A stretch of DNA of 64,000 nt from Candidatus Gorgyraea atricola. GTDB taxonomy: Bacteria; Omnitrophota; Gorgyraeia; Gorgyraeales; Gorgyraeaceae. Under the pieces are notes generated by a model. The model ran no database searches, had not been told where the DNA came from, and saw only the letters and a list, made by a program, of their open reading frames with translations. The stretch's first letter is position 1. The number at the start of each line of letters is the position of its first letter. This document shows, piece by piece, positions 1 to 10,347 of the stretch. Where the stretch lies: the NCBI GenBank assembly GCA_030765235.1, contig JAVCCW010000010.1, positions 94,907 to 158,906 of the forward strand, given 5' to 3'. The position numbers and the translations under genes were made by a program.

Positions 1-552
1 GACTAATTCCTTTAACTGACCTGCTGTAAGCTCATTGTCCAGTTTTACTCTGTATTTCTTTTTCAGGGCATGGATCTTTTCTTCAAAATGCTCATGGTCA
101 ACGCCCATCACCACATCACCGAACATATCAATAAACCTTCTATACGCATCCCATGCAAGGCATTCGTTCTTGGTCTTTTTAGCCAGGCCTACAACAGTCT
201 GATCATTTAGGCCCAGGTTAAGGACTGTATTCATCATGCCAGGCATGGAAACAGCAGCGCCGCTCCTCACTGATACTAAAAGCGGGTTGTTGATGTCGCC
301 GAGCTTCGCGTCCATTACCTTTTCAAGCTTTATGATATTTGCGTCGATCTGCTTCTGAAGATCAGCAGGATATTTTTTGCCGTGCTTATAATAATAATCG
401 CACACCTCTGTTGAAATAGTAAATCCAGGAGGAACTGGAACTCCTATATTTGTCATCTCTGCGAGGTTAGCACCTTTACCTCCGAGAAGCGTTTTCATCT
501 TTGTATTTCCGTCTGCTTTTCCTTTGCCAAAAAAGTACACCATCTTGCTCAT
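1..552 (-). CDS. ppdK: pyruvate, phosphate dikinase, N-terminal part (gene continues beyond left window edge)
   Basis: Minus-strand translation from ATG at 552 gives [71 protein letters not shown], the classic PPDK N-terminus. Not in the ORF track because it is truncated by the window edge. Confidence 0.85.
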   Translation of the reverse strand, partial: MSKMVYFFGKGKADGNTKMKTLLGGKGANLAEMTNIGVPVPPGFTISTEVCDYYYKHGKKYPADLQKQIDANIIKLEKVMDAKLGDINNPLLVSVRSGAAVSMPGMMNTVLNLGLNDQTVVGLAKKTKNECLAWDAYRRFIDMFGDVVMGVDHEHFEEKIHALKKKYRVKLDNELTAGQLKELV

Positions 553-585
553 GCTTTAAACCCCTTTCTATCTAATTTATGTTAG

Positions 586-705
586 AAAAATCCCAATACT
601 ACCAATACTACCAAATAAATCCCAATTTCAAAATCCCAAACATGGTTTTGGATTTGGGATTTTGGATTTATTTGGGATTTGGTAGTATTTGGATTTTGGA
701 TTTTT
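586..705. repeat. Family A imperfect palindromic intergenic repeat (words tcccaaa/taccaa, centre cccaaacatggttttgg)
   Basis: Inverted-repeat arms readable directly. Near-identical copies at 16894-17018 and 18210-18334, half copy at 24265-24345. Confidence 0.9.
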
Positions 706-2720
706 CATCTCACTAGTATCTGTGGCAGTAATGCCAAGTCCGCAATACGTTCTGTGTATAACCTGTTGATCGCCTTCATCATTGCCAGGCGATTAAGTCG
801 CAACGACCTATCTTTATCATTCACCATTACATTGTCAAAAAAATCATGCAATGCCCTGTAAAATGCCTGGGCATATTTCTTGGTCGCCTCTACGTATTCT
901 TCTTTATCAATTAGCGCGCTTATCTTATCTTTCGAATCTAAATATGCCTGCCAAACATCTTGCTCTAATTTTTCCTTGAAAAGCCCTTTATTCACTTCGC
1001 TGATTTTTTCATTCTTTGCACCTTTTAAGATATTGCTCGTACGCTCTACGACCTTTGCTGCTTCTAAAAAATACCTCTCGTTAGCCACAGAACTCAATGC
1101 CTCGATTCTATTAAATATATCAACTATGTCAGAACGCCCTGAGTCCAGTACTGCCCTTTTTAATTCAATGGGCCTTATGTCTCCCATTAAAAACTCCACC
1201 CTATCCTTTATATAATCAGCGACCTTCTCTTTTGAAGTCTTTAATTTGTTACCGTATAGCTGAATTGCTTTTTCTACTAGCTCTACTATTTCAAATCTCA
1301 GAGACTGATCTTTTACAATGCGAATAAGGCCTAGCGCGTTTCTTCTTATACCAAACGGATCAAAACTTCCGCTTACTTCCTTGGTTACTCCTAAAAAACC
1401 AACCACATTATCTATCTTATCGCTGATCGCGAGGATCGCGCCCTGTTTTGTCTTAGGCAAGTCATCTTCCAGGCCCTGAGGAAGATACTGCTCGCCTATG
1501 GCTAGCGCAATATCTTTTTCTTCTTTGTTTCTCAATGCATATTCTCTTCCCATCACACCCTGCAGGCTAGGAAACTCGCCCACCATGTGAGTGACAAGAT
1601 CTACTTTTGAAAGCTCGGCTGATTTTTCTATATTCTTTTTCAAAGAACTGTCTACGTTTAATCTGTCGCAGATAAAAACGCAAAGTACTTTCAGGCGTTC
1701 GATTTTTTCGAACATATTACCTAAATCCTTGTGAAAAATCAAGTCTTTTAATTGAGGGATATTATCCGAGAGGCTTCTTTTTATATCCTCGTCGAAGAAA
1801 AACAGGCTATCCTTTAGTTTTGCCTCTAAGATATTTTCATAATTTCTTCTAACCAGCCTTATGTTCCTGCCGCTGCCGTCTATTACAGCGATAAACCTGT
1901 TTGTGAGTCTATCTTTTTTCACAACAGGAAATATCCTCTGATGTTTTGCCATGCTGGCCCTGAGCACATCTTCTGGCAATGCCAGAAATTTCTTGTCAAA
2001 TTCTCCGCTGAATACCGTGGGGGAATTCACCATAAACGTTATCTCTTCCAGGAGCGCTTCATCAACGCATTGATCTGCCCTGAGTTTCTTTGTCTCGCGC
2101 AGGATCAATCTTTTTATCTCAGTCTTTCTTTTGTCTGAATCAGATAATTTTATTTTCTTTAGGTCTTTCGCTGAGGGGATGTTTCCGAGTCTTATATCTA
2201 AATGCTCTTTGCCGAATAATGCCAAGACTGACTCTATCGGCCTTGCAAAACGCAAACCAGAATCATCCCATCTCATTGTCTTTGGAAAATAGATATTCCT
2301 TATAATGCGCGGGGTTATTTCTTTAAGAATATCTTTTGTATTGCGGGCTTTTTCTTTTTTCTCAACAACTACATATTCGCCTTTTGGGGTCTCTTTGATT
2401 TTCAAATCCTCTATTTTCACACCCTGATTTTTTGCAAAACCAATAGCTTGCTTTGTAGGGTTACCGTTGTCGTCAAAGGCTATTCTTTTAGGTGGGCCTA
2501 GAATTTCCTTGGAGCTTTCCTTCTGGCACACATCCATATCTTTTATATAGCAAATCAATGAGTTCTTTGTACCTAAATTTACTGTGAGGTTATGGTCAAA
2601 AGCTATGCCTAACTTGGTTAGCTCTAAATGAAAATCACTGCATAGACTATCTAAAGCTCCCCTTACATAGCCTGCCGGCAACTCCTCCACATTTATCTCT
2701 AACAAAAAATTCTTCTTCAT
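705..2720 (-). CDS. glyS: glycine--tRNA ligase beta subunit
   Basis: 671 aa; N-terminus MKKNFLLEINVEELPAGYV typical of GlyS; lies directly downstream of glyQ. Confidence 0.85.
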   Translation of the reverse strand: MKKNFLLEINVEELPAGYVRGALDSLCSDFHLELTKLGIAFDHNLTVNLGTKNSLICYIKDMDVCQKESSKEILGPPKRIAFDDNGNPTKQAIGFAKNQGVKIEDLKIKETPKGEYVVVEKKEKARNTKDILKEITPRIIRNIYFPKTMRWDDSGLRFARPIESVLALFGKEHLDIRLGNIPSAKDLKKIKLSDSDKRKTEIKRLILRETKKLRADQCVDEALLEEITFMVNSPTVFSGEFDKKFLALPEDVLRASMAKHQRIFPVVKKDRLTNRFIAVIDGSGRNIRLVRRNYENILEAKLKDSLFFFDEDIKRSLSDNIPQLKDLIFHKDLGNMFEKIERLKVLCVFICDRLNVDSSLKKNIEKSAELSKVDLVTHMVGEFPSLQGVMGREYALRNKEEKDIALAIGEQYLPQGLEDDLPKTKQGAILAISDKIDNVVGFLGVTKEVSGSFDPFGIRRNALGLIRIVKDQSLRFEIVELVEKAIQLYGNKLKTSKEKVADYIKDRVEFLMGDIRPIELKRAVLDSGRSDIVDIFNRIEALSSVANERYFLEAAKVVERTSNILKGAKNEKISEVNKGLFKEKLEQDVWQAYLDSKDKISALIDKEEYVEATKKYAQAFYRALHDFFDNVMVNDKDRSLRLNRLAMMKAINRLYTERIADLALLPQILVR

Positions 2721-2726
2721 AGGTTC

Positions 2727-2775
2727 GTGTGTTCGAGGCCGGACCTCGGCTTTTGGCTTGCCAAAAGCCGAGGTC
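2727..2775. repeat. Family G hairpin (gaggccggacctcggctttt..aaaagccgaggtccggcctc) between glyQ and glyS
   Basis: Perfect inverted repeat; related copies at 11588-11635 and 27772-27806. Confidence 0.8.
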
Positions 2776-2780
2776 CGGCC

Positions 2781-3626
2781 TCAGATTTTGAGATACAACT
2801 CCGCGCATTTCTTGGCTAAAGAACGGATCCTGCCTATGTAGCGTGGGCGTTCGCTCTGGCTTACAGCGCCGCGGGCATCAAGTATATTAAAGGCATGTGA
2901 TGCCTTTAAGACAAAACTATATGCCGGGTAGACCAATTTTTTCTCCAGCAGGGCCTTTGCCTCTTTCTCAAAAGATTCAAAACCTTTTAGATGCATATCT
3001 ATATCTGCTTCGTCAAAATTATATTTAGAATATTCTATCTCGTGTTTCTTGTGCAAGTCTCCGTATTTTACGCCTGGCTGCCATTCTAGATCAAAGACAT
3101 TGAACTTATTCTGTATAAACATTACTATGCGTTCCAGGCCGTACGTGATCTCGCAGGAGACATGGTCTACCTCTATACCGCCTATCTGCTGAAAATACGT
3201 AAACTGTGTTATCTCGAGGCTGTCCAGCCACACCTCCCAGCCCAGTCCAGACGCGCCAAGTGTAGGTGATTCCCAATCGTCTTCCACGAACCTGATCTCG
3301 TGCGCCTTTAGATCCACGCCCAGGACCTTGAGGCTCTCCAGATAAAGCTTTTTTATATCTCTCGGGTTTGGTTTTACCAGCACCTGATATTGATAATAAT
3401 GCTGCATGCGCAACGGATTATCCGCGTACCTGCCGTCAGTAGGTCGCCTTGAAGGCTGCACATATGCGGTACGCCATTTATCCTTGCCAAGCGATTTGAA
3501 AAACGTAGCTGGATGAAAAGTGCCTGCGCCCACCTCTGTATCAAGCGGCTGCACTATCACGCAACCTTGCTTCTGCCAGAATTTATTCAGTCTTTCGATT
3601 ACTTCGACAAATGTGAGTTTTCTCAT
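2781..3626 (-). CDS. glyQ: glycine--tRNA ligase alpha subunit
   Basis: 281 aa; [38 protein letters not shown] motifs of GlyQ. Confidence 0.9.
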   Translation of the reverse strand: MRKLTFVEVIERLNKFWQKQGCVIVQPLDTEVGAGTFHPATFFKSLGKDKWRTAYVQPSRRPTDGRYADNPLRMQHYYQYQVLVKPNPRDIKKLYLESLKVLGVDLKAHEIRFVEDDWESPTLGASGLGWEVWLDSLEITQFTYFQQIGGIEVDHVSCEITYGLERIVMFIQNKFNVFDLEWQPGVKYGDLHKKHEIEYSKYNFDEADIDMHLKGFESFEKEAKALLEKKLVYPAYSFVLKASHAFNILDARGAVSQSERPRYIGRIRSLAKKCAELYLKI

Positions 3627-3643
3627 GAGTCACCTTTATTGCT

Positions 3644-3768
3644 GTGGAGGTTACGAAGGTTTCGGAAGGTTTCGGAATGTTGCGGAAGGTTGTCAAAAAG
3701 TTTGAAATCCATAGCTGTTGTAACCTTTCGTAACCTTCTCTAACATTCCGTAACATTCCGTAACCTCC
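3644..3768. repeat. Family B palindromic repeat (ggaggttacgaaggtt...aaccttcgtaacctcc)
   Basis: Long imperfect inverted repeat of acgaaggtt/tcggaa words; other copies at 22313-22420, 36058-36187, 53203-53272; half copy at 12013-12060. Confidence 0.9.
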
Positions 3769-3774
3769 CTATTA

Positions 3775-4413
3775 TCATGCAGCAAGCATTTTTGCCGTCT
3801 TAAGCGGCCTATCCAGATTATCCGCTATTATCTTAGCTGTCACCTTTTTTATATCATTTCCTACTTCGCGCGTCAGTTTTATCTTGGAAGAGACCTGCCA
3901 TGCCTCTCTTTCAAAGCACGCCAATGTGGACACTGCGCCCTTGGTCAGCTTAAAAGAGCTAGAGCCTGGCCAAAGCCCGAGTCCGAGCAAAAATTTTACC
4001 TCAAAAAGTCTTGCTATTACGCCTGGCTCTTTCTTGTGTTCCAGTGACCTCAGGCCATTTAAGAGCGTTTCGAATATCCCGCTATCCTCTCCGCCTGGTT
4101 CTGTAAACACATCTATAAGTTCTAATAAATAATATGCGATCGAGGCCCTGTCCCAATCCTTAAGGATATTAAAAAAGATCTCCTGCGCATCGCACTGAGA
4201 GATAATGAAAAGATCACTCTTCTTTTTTTCGTAAAAGACTATCTGGTCAAGACTGAAGAATAGCGGATTTACGCTGCTCCTGGCGCGGTTGCCTCGCGCG
4301 CCTTTTAAAACGCCGTTTACCTTACCAAAATCTCTAGTAAAATAACTGAGTATAAGGCTAGTCTCTCTAAGATCTTTTTTCCTTAATAGTATTGCGTCTG
4401 TCTTTTGTATCAT
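3775..4413 (-). CDS. recO: DNA repair protein RecO
   Basis: 212 aa; N-terminal OB-fold region ILLRKKDLRETSLILSYFTRDFGK typical of RecO. Confidence 0.8.
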   Translation of the reverse strand: MIQKTDAILLRKKDLRETSLILSYFTRDFGKVNGVLKGARGNRARSSVNPLFFSLDQIVFYEKKKSDLFIISQCDAQEIFFNILKDWDRASIAYYLLELIDVFTEPGGEDSGIFETLLNGLRSLEHKKEPGVIARLFEVKFLLGLGLWPGSSSFKLTKGAVSTLACFEREAWQVSSKIKLTREVGNDIKKVTAKIIADNLDRPLKTAKMLAA

Positions 4414-4429
4414 TAGCTCGCTTTGCTCG

Positions 4430-5053
4430 CTAATACATCTGTGTTTTAGGGACGATCGCGCCGCCCGAGACGATCATCTTCATTGCCTCAGCCACAGACA
4501 TATCCAAAGATACAGTCTCTTCTTGCGGAACAAATACCAGCATGCCAGAGGTGGGATTTGGAGTGGTCGGCACAAATATATTTAAAAGAGTGTTTTTTGT
4601 CTTTTGCTGGACCTCACCCTTTGTCCCTGAAACCACAAAACCCAACTGATACACGCCCTTTCTTGGGTATTCTATTAAAACTACTCTCTGAAAAATAGTA
4701 TTTTTATGAATAAAAAGAGCAGACCATATCTCTTTTATGGTCCTGTAGATCACGCTGATCATCGGCACCTTATACAGGATCCTCTCGCCAAAACCAAAGA
4801 TGTTCCTCAATACTATTATCCTCGCGGCAAAACCCACCAGGGTCAAGAAAACCAATAATAAGATAAAGATTATTATATTGGTAAAGACCTCTATATTCTG
4901 AGCTGCCGGGACAAACCTTTCTAAAACATTGGTTATGGGTGAGAGTAGAAAAGTAAATCTATCTATTATGAAATAGAGCACCCAAAAAGTAAGCACCAGT
5001 GGTACTACGATCAAGAGGCCTGTGAAAAAATTCGCCCTAATCTTAGAAAGCAT
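4430..5053 (-). CDS. DUF502 family membrane protein
   Basis: 207 aa; two TM helices; motifs FFTGLLIVVPLVLT and VPTTPNPTSGMLVFVP characteristic of DUF502. Confidence 0.7.
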   Translation of the reverse strand: MLSKIRANFFTGLLIVVPLVLTFWVLYFIIDRFTFLLSPITNVLERFVPAAQNIEVFTNIIIFILLLVFLTLVGFAARIIVLRNIFGFGERILYKVPMISVIYRTIKEIWSALFIHKNTIFQRVVLIEYPRKGVYQLGFVVSGTKGEVQQKTKNTLLNIFVPTTPNPTSGMLVFVPQEETVSLDMSVAEAMKMIVSGGAIVPKTQMY

Positions 5054-5055
5054 GG

Positions 5056-5757
5056 TTATCTCCTTAAAAACTGAAAGATCAATAGCGTTATGAAAATGCC
5101 TACTAGCGCGCCTGTAAAGACCTCTAGGGCCGAGTGGACACCATCCCTGACCCTGCTTCTGGACACAAGAAACGAAAGAATAAATACAAGAAAGATTACA
5201 ATGCTATTTGGATACAGTAGTGAGATTATGGTCCAGATGGAAAATGCTATTGCGCTGTGACCGCTTGGCATGCCCCCTCTTAGCGGCGTGCCGCTGCGGA
5301 ACAAGACCTTGCTTAAAACCACAAACCCCAGGATTGTTAATAAAACTATAAAACTGATATGCCAACTGGATTCCTTTATTTTTATTATATTGTCCTCTAT
5401 CCTGATACCCGCCTTTGAGACAAACAGCATGTAGCCGACAACTACAGCTGCTAACGCGCTCAATAAGACCGCGCCTGCGCATATATCCTTTACGATCCTT
5501 GCAAGAGGATGAAACTCTTCTTTGACCAAGTCTATGGTGTGTTCTATTGCCGTATTAAACATCTCGGCAAACAGGACAAACGCTATGGTAAGGCAAAGGA
5601 TTATCAGTTCTATGTATGTAAAATTTAAAAATATCCCAAGAATAATCGCTGTAATGCCGATCGCGAAATGCAGTCTCATATTGCGCTGGCTCTTAAAAAC
5701 AAATACAAAACCCTCTATAGCGGAATTAAAACTCTCTACCAGATTCTGCCGTTTCAC
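5056..5757 (-). CDS. dgkA: diacylglycerol/undecaprenol kinase (DgkA) fused to PAP2-family lipid phosphatase
   Basis: N-terminal half SFNSAIEGFVFVFKSQRNMRLH..AEMFNTAIEHTID is the DgkA fold. C-terminal half carries PAP2 motifs PSGH and SRSRVRDGVHSALEV. Confidence 0.75.
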   Translation of the reverse strand: MKRQNLVESFNSAIEGFVFVFKSQRNMRLHFAIGITAIILGIFLNFTYIELIILCLTIAFVLFAEMFNTAIEHTIDLVKEEFHPLARIVKDICAGAVLLSALAAVVVGYMLFVSKAGIRIEDNIIKIKESSWHISFIVLLTILGFVVLSKVLFRSGTPLRGGMPSGHSAIAFSIWTIISLLYPNSIVIFLVFILSFLVSRSRVRDGVHSALEVFTGALVGIFITLLIFQFLRR

Positions 5758-6182
5758 CTGACCCCCAGCAACTCTTTTTCCTTAGCTCTCATCTTTTTTC
5801 TATCACTCGTCCGTTCATCTTTGTAACCCAAGAGATGCAATATCCCGTGAATAAGATATAACTCTATCTCGCTTTGTATGGAAACTCCTCTTTTCTTGGC
5901 CTCTCTTTTCGCAGTCTCAGTAGATATGACCACATCTCCTAAAATGGGGCTTTCCTTTGGCAATCCATACCCCTCTCTCATTGAAAAGGCCAAAACATCT
6001 GTTTTGGAATCTACATCACGATACTTTGAGTTTAACTGCCTGATATAAGAATCTGCCACGAATAAAAGACTCAGCTCCCCTTTATCTTCGCCCATCTTCT
6101 TTAATACAGCTTCAGCGCGCTGGACTATCTTTTTAGTGTCGATCTTTACCCTGGCTTGTAAATCTCGGATATCTACCTTCAT
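5754..6182 (-). CDS. ybeY: rRNA maturation endoribonuclease YbeY
   Basis: 142 aa; DVLAFSM and HGILHLLGYKD metal-binding motifs. Confidence 0.85.
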   Translation of the reverse strand: MKVDIRDLQARVKIDTKKIVQRAEAVLKKMGEDKGELSLLFVADSYIRQLNSKYRDVDSKTDVLAFSMREGYGLPKESPILGDVVISTETAKREAKKRGVSIQSEIELYLIHGILHLLGYKDERTSDRKKMRAKEKELLGVR

Positions 6183-8353
6183 TCTTTCTCGGGTCCATCA
6201 GGATATTCCACGCGCGTGTGAAATATTCCTGTGAGTATATGCATGAAAACTTCTGCGATTCTTTCCAGATTCTTGAGCGTCAGATCGCATTCGTCCAACT
6301 GACCGTCAATAAATTTATTATTTATGATCTTTTTCACCAGGCCTTTTATCCTGGACGGTGTAGGATTATCCAGTGCACGCGATCCTGCCTCAACTGAATC
6401 AGCCAGAAGCACGCATGCTGCTTCCTTTGTCTGTGGTTTTGGTCCAGGATACCTGAAAGACTGTTCTCCTACATCCTCGTCTGTCACCTTTTCCAGTGCC
6501 CTCTTAAAGAAATAAAAAACAAGGCCTGTGCCATGATGCTGCCTGATGATATCAATGATCTTTTTATTGAGCTTGTGTTTCTGTGCCAACTCCACGCCAT
6601 TTTTAACATGGTTGGTGATTATGAGACTGCTCATGGTGGGCGAAAGTTTATCGTGCGCTGAACCCTCGCTGGATTGATTCTCACTAAAATATGATGCCTT
6701 TTCGATCTTGCCTATGTCGTGAAAATATGAACTGACCCTGGCAAGAAGCGGATTAGCGCCTATTGCCTCACAGGCCGCCTCTGCAAGATTTCCAACAACA
6801 AGGCTGTGATGATAAGTGCCTGGCGCCTTCATTACCATCTCTTTTAAAAGCGGATGGTTTAGATCCGCTAACTCGAGAAGGCTTATATCTGTCGTGATCT
6901 TAAAGATGTTTTCAAATACAGGTAGTATGCCTGTCACAATAACCGCAGACATTATGCCATTTGTAAGCCCAAAAAGCGCCTGTGTGATGTATGTATTAAA
7001 ATCCAACCCTCTTACAAGACCCATACCGATAAGATAACTCACGTTCGCAAAACCAACACACAGGCCAGCTGTCATGACCTGTGACCTGCGCCTTACGCCC
7101 TTCATCGCAAATATACCGACCATGCCTCCGACAAGAGAAACGCCTGCGATATCCAGAATATTTCCAGCGATCATGCCAACTAGTATACTTAAAAAACAAG
7201 TAGCTATCATTGCCATGCGGCTGTTTATTAAGATGGCTATAAGCATTGAAGCCACTGCCACAGGCACGAGATTACTTGGCCAGGGAGACATCACTATGAT
7301 CTTTGCCGCTACTAAGATCAGAAAAGACACTACGGAAAGCAAAACCAGCTCTTTATTTGCTGCTATAAAAATAGGTTCGTAAAATTTTACATAGAGCACT
7401 ACGATAAGCATGAAAAGCCCGACCAGTAGCAGTATCCCGAAGAGCCCTCCTATTTTCATTGCCATGGACTCATTCTGCTCTATGCCTTTTAACTTCACTA
7501 TATGATCCTTGCCAATACGCTCACCCTTGTTCAATATCATCTCATTCTTCTTTACCTCTATTGTATTGCGAATAGGGTTTATTTTCTGGGCAAGTTCATC
7601 TTTTTCTGCTGCTGTCTTTTCTTCATCATATATTATATTTGTGCTCAAAATGGCTTTCATAAAATCATTGGCAGCTGAACGCTCTTTTCTGCCTCTTATG
7701 CCTGAAGAAAAATCCTCCATGTTTTCCTTTAGATCTCCCAGCGTAAAAAAATCTTCTACCCATGCCGTGCTTTCAGTGTCCTCGATTTTATCTAGCACCT
7801 TTATTCTTTTTATCTCGTTCTCCACGAGCATAGAACGCTCTGAAGCAGAGATTATGCCTTTTAACATAAGGCGCTCTATTGCATCCTTTACTGAGTCGTA
7901 AAACATCTCGTGATCCTTTAGTTCCAGGATGCTAGTTGTAAGTGCCTCTGAGATATTATAATCAGCTGAAACTGCTGCGACCTTTGTCTTTTTTTCTTCA
8001 TCCGCCAAATCAGGTTCTGTCTTTAAAAGCGAGACTGAGTCCACGATAGCCTTGGCCTTATTCAAGACATTCTGCTGCACTCCAGCGTCAAAGATATAAA
8101 TGGGCAATACTGAATCCGCGGCCTTTTTTCTTGCGATATCCGTAGCCCTGGTATTTACCTCTCCTTTTATATTAAAATCATATGGCGCGTAAATAGAGCT
8201 CAGCGCTATGTCGCCCTCGCGAAACTCTGCCTTAAAAAGTCCCCTGTCCCACTGTATGATCGTCACCATTAAAAGACACGTTAATACCGCGATGATGGTA
8301 TGGGATAATGCATGTGAATTACTTTTCTTCTTACTATTAAGGATTTTTTTCAT
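6179..8353 (-). CDS. 7TM-receptor HD-domain phosphohydrolase (PgpH-like)
   Basis: 724 aa; central block of 7 TM helices followed by HD/HDIG domain (HDIGK); conserved phoH/pgpH-ybeY-dgkA neighbourhood. Confidence 0.75.
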   Translation of the reverse strand: MKKILNSKKKSNSHALSHTIIAVLTCLLMVTIIQWDRGLFKAEFREGDIALSSIYAPYDFNIKGEVNTRATDIARKKAADSVLPIYIFDAGVQQNVLNKAKAIVDSVSLLKTEPDLADEEKKTKVAAVSADYNISEALTTSILELKDHEMFYDSVKDAIERLMLKGIISASERSMLVENEIKRIKVLDKIEDTESTAWVEDFFTLGDLKENMEDFSSGIRGRKERSAANDFMKAILSTNIIYDEEKTAAEKDELAQKINPIRNTIEVKKNEMILNKGERIGKDHIVKLKGIEQNESMAMKIGGLFGILLLVGLFMLIVVLYVKFYEPIFIAANKELVLLSVVSFLILVAAKIIVMSPWPSNLVPVAVASMLIAILINSRMAMIATCFLSILVGMIAGNILDIAGVSLVGGMVGIFAMKGVRRRSQVMTAGLCVGFANVSYLIGMGLVRGLDFNTYITQALFGLTNGIMSAVIVTGILPVFENIFKITTDISLLELADLNHPLLKEMVMKAPGTYHHSLVVGNLAEAACEAIGANPLLARVSSYFHDIGKIEKASYFSENQSSEGSAHDKLSPTMSSLIITNHVKNGVELAQKHKLNKKIIDIIRQHHGTGLVFYFFKRALEKVTDEDVGEQSFRYPGPKPQTKEAACVLLADSVEAGSRALDNPTPSRIKGLVKKIINNKFIDGQLDECDLTLKNLERIAEVFMHILTGIFHTRVEYPDGPEKE

Positions 8354-8356
8354 AAG

Positions 8357-8971
8357 TTATTCAGGAATTACCAATTCCTGCCCTGGCTTGATATTATCAG
8401 GACTTTCTAAAATATTTTTGTTGGCTTCGAAAATCTTCTTCCATTTCTTTGTGGTGCCATATGCCTTGTCTGATATCTTTTGAAGTGTATCTCCCTTCTC
8501 TACTGTGTATATCCTTTCCCCTGTCTCTACTTTTCCTTCTCCTATAGTGCCACTACCTTTTTCCTTTCCATATTTATTATCTGAGCTTGCAGACGGTTGG
8601 TAAATTACTTGCGGTTTACTTGATCTGGTAAAAGGGAACAGTCCTTTTCTTCCTGTTTCTTTCTTTGCAGGAGCAGTTGCCTCTTTAGGAGATTCTTTCC
8701 CTGCCAAATACCCTCTGTTTCCTTCAATCGCCACATCTTTACGCGCTGATTTCTTATCTCTCCTTGAAGGAAGTTCTATCTCAAGATTGTACATCTTTTT
8801 GGTCTTTTTTCTTTCCACCTCAGGCATGTCTGAAACCTTACCCCCGATTATACCTCTGTTACCATTAAGTTCTTGATCAACCCTATCTGCCTCGTAAGAC
8901 GTTACTCTTGCCACACAGCCAGACACCACTAAAGCTGCAAAAAGTAAACTGTAAGCTATAAACTTTTTCAT
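8357..8971 (-). CDS. LysM-domain lipoprotein
   Basis: Lipoprotein signal LVVSGC; C-terminal Lys[28 protein letters not shown]. Confidence 0.7.
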   Translation of the reverse strand: MKKFIAYSLLFAALVVSGCVARVTSYEADRVDQELNGNRGIIGGKVSDMPEVERKKTKKMYNLEIELPSRRDKKSARKDVAIEGNRGYLAGKESPKEATAPAKKETGRKGLFPFTRSSKPQVIYQPSASSDNKYGKEKGSGTIGEGKVETGERIYTVEKGDTLQKISDKAYGTTKKWKKIFEANKNILESPDNIKPGQELVIPE

Positions 8972-10347
8972 ATAGCCTCCTTTGTTTTAGTTGCTAGTTT
9001 AATTCCTAATTCCCTCAGCTGTTTTGCATCTACTGACGATGGCGCATCTGTCATTGGGCAAGAGGCCTTTTGTGTCTTTGGGAATGCAATGACCTCTCTT
9101 ATGCTCTCGACCCCACATATCAATGAAAGAAGCCTGTCAAGACCAAATGCAATGCCGCCATGCGGAGGCGCGCCATAACTGAACGCCTCGAGCAAAAATC
9201 CGAATCTCTCTTTCGCGTGCGCTGCATCCAGGCCTATGCGCTGAAAAATTTTCTCTTGTAATTCCCTATTGTGGATCCTTATACTGCCACTGGCTATTTC
9301 CACGCCATTTATAACCAGGTCATAGGCCCTTGAGCCCACCTTATCAGGAGCTGACTCTATCAGATCTATATCTTCTGACACAGGTGATGTAAAAGGATGG
9401 TGCTCCATATCCCATCGCTTTTCTTCGTCATTATATTTAAAAAGCGGGAAGTTTAAAACCCACAGAAACTCAAACCCCTTGCCGTCTTTTCGCAGATCAG
9501 GCTTATCTGTCTTGTATTTTTCCATTGCCTCTTTATGACTGATCCTGGGAAAAGGGATCTTTAGTTCTATGCCTAAGACCTCCTTGAATACATGATAAAA
9601 CATTTTCTCTGCAACATTAAAGAGATCATCTTCATCTATAAAAGACATCTCCATGTCCAGCTGGGTAAATTCCGGCTGCCTGTCCGCGCGAAGATCCTCA
9701 TCCCTAAAGCACTTTGCTATCTGAAAATATTTCTCAAAACCAGACACCATCAAGAGCTGCTTGAAAAGCTGTGGTGACTGCGGAAGCGCGAAAAACTTAC
9801 TCAGGCTCAACCTAGAAGGTACCAGAAAATCCCTTGCGCCTTCTGGCGTGGATTTGGTAAGAATAGGCGTTTCTACCTCTATAAACCCGTCCTTATCCAG
9901 AAAATCCCTCATTGATTTACATACCTTGTGACGCAAAAATAATCTCTTCTGGACCTCAGGCCTTCTCAGATCGATGTATCTATACTTAAGCCTGACTTCC
10001 TCTGAGATATCTGTCATCTCATCAAGTTCAAAAGGAGGTGTCTTGGATGGATTTATTATTTCAAGCTCTTCCACTCCAAGCTCTACCTCGCCTGTTACTA
10101 TCTTTGGGTTATCAGTGCCCTTGGGCCTTTTCTGCACCTTACCCTTTACAGCTATCACGTACTCGCTGCGAAGCTCCTCTGCTTTTTTATTTTTAAAAAA
10201 CACGATCTGCGTAAAGCCAGAACGGTCTCTTATATCCACAAATATGATCTTCCCATGGTCCCGCCTCTTATACACCCAGCCAAGAAGCGTTGCCTCTTTA
10301 CCCATATCCTTTGCTGTCAATTCACCGCAGGTGTGTGTCCGCTTCAT
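8968..10347 (-). CDS. aspS: aspartate--tRNA ligase (short form, no GAD insertion)
   Basis: 459 aa; OB-fold N-terminus, [10 protein letters not shown], class II motifs [18 protein letters not shown] and GGIAFGLDR. Confidence 0.8.
   Translation of the reverse strand: MKRTHTCGELTAKDMGKEATLLGWVYKRRDHGKIIFVDIRDRSGFTQIVFFKNKKAEELRSEYVIAVKGKVQKRPKGTDNPKIVTGEVELGVEELEIINPSKTPPFELDEMTDISEEVRLKYRYIDLRRPEVQKRLFLRHKVCKSMRDFLDKDGFIEVETPILTKSTPEGARDFLVPSRLSLSKFFALPQSPQLFKQLLMVSGFEKYFQIAKCFRDEDLRADRQPEFTQLDMEMSFIDEDDLFNVAEKMFYHVFKEVLGIELKIPFPRISHKEAMEKYKTDKPDLRKDGKGFEFLWVLNFPLFKYNDEEKRWDMEHHPFTSPVSEDIDLIESAPDKVGSRAYDLVINGVEIASGSIRIHNRELQEKIFQRIGLDAAHAKERFGFLLEAFSYGAPPHGGIAFGLDRLLSLICGVESIREVIAFPKTQKASCPMTDAPSSVDAKQLRELGIKLATKTKEAI

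Noticed and set aside
586-705. Possible CRISPR array suggested by many short repeated words (tcccaaa etc.)
   Set aside because: The units are contiguous without unique spacers and the whole block is an inverted repeat of itself. No cas genes are present. It is a palindromic repeat element, not CRISPR.
679-861. 60-aa plus-strand ORF MVVFGFWIFHL...
   Set aside because: It is a translation of repeat family A running into the antisense of glyS; low-complexity artefact.
5204-5482. 92-aa minus-strand ORF inside dgkA in another frame
   Set aside because: Fully embedded in a confidently assigned CDS; Arg/Cys-rich nonsense composition.
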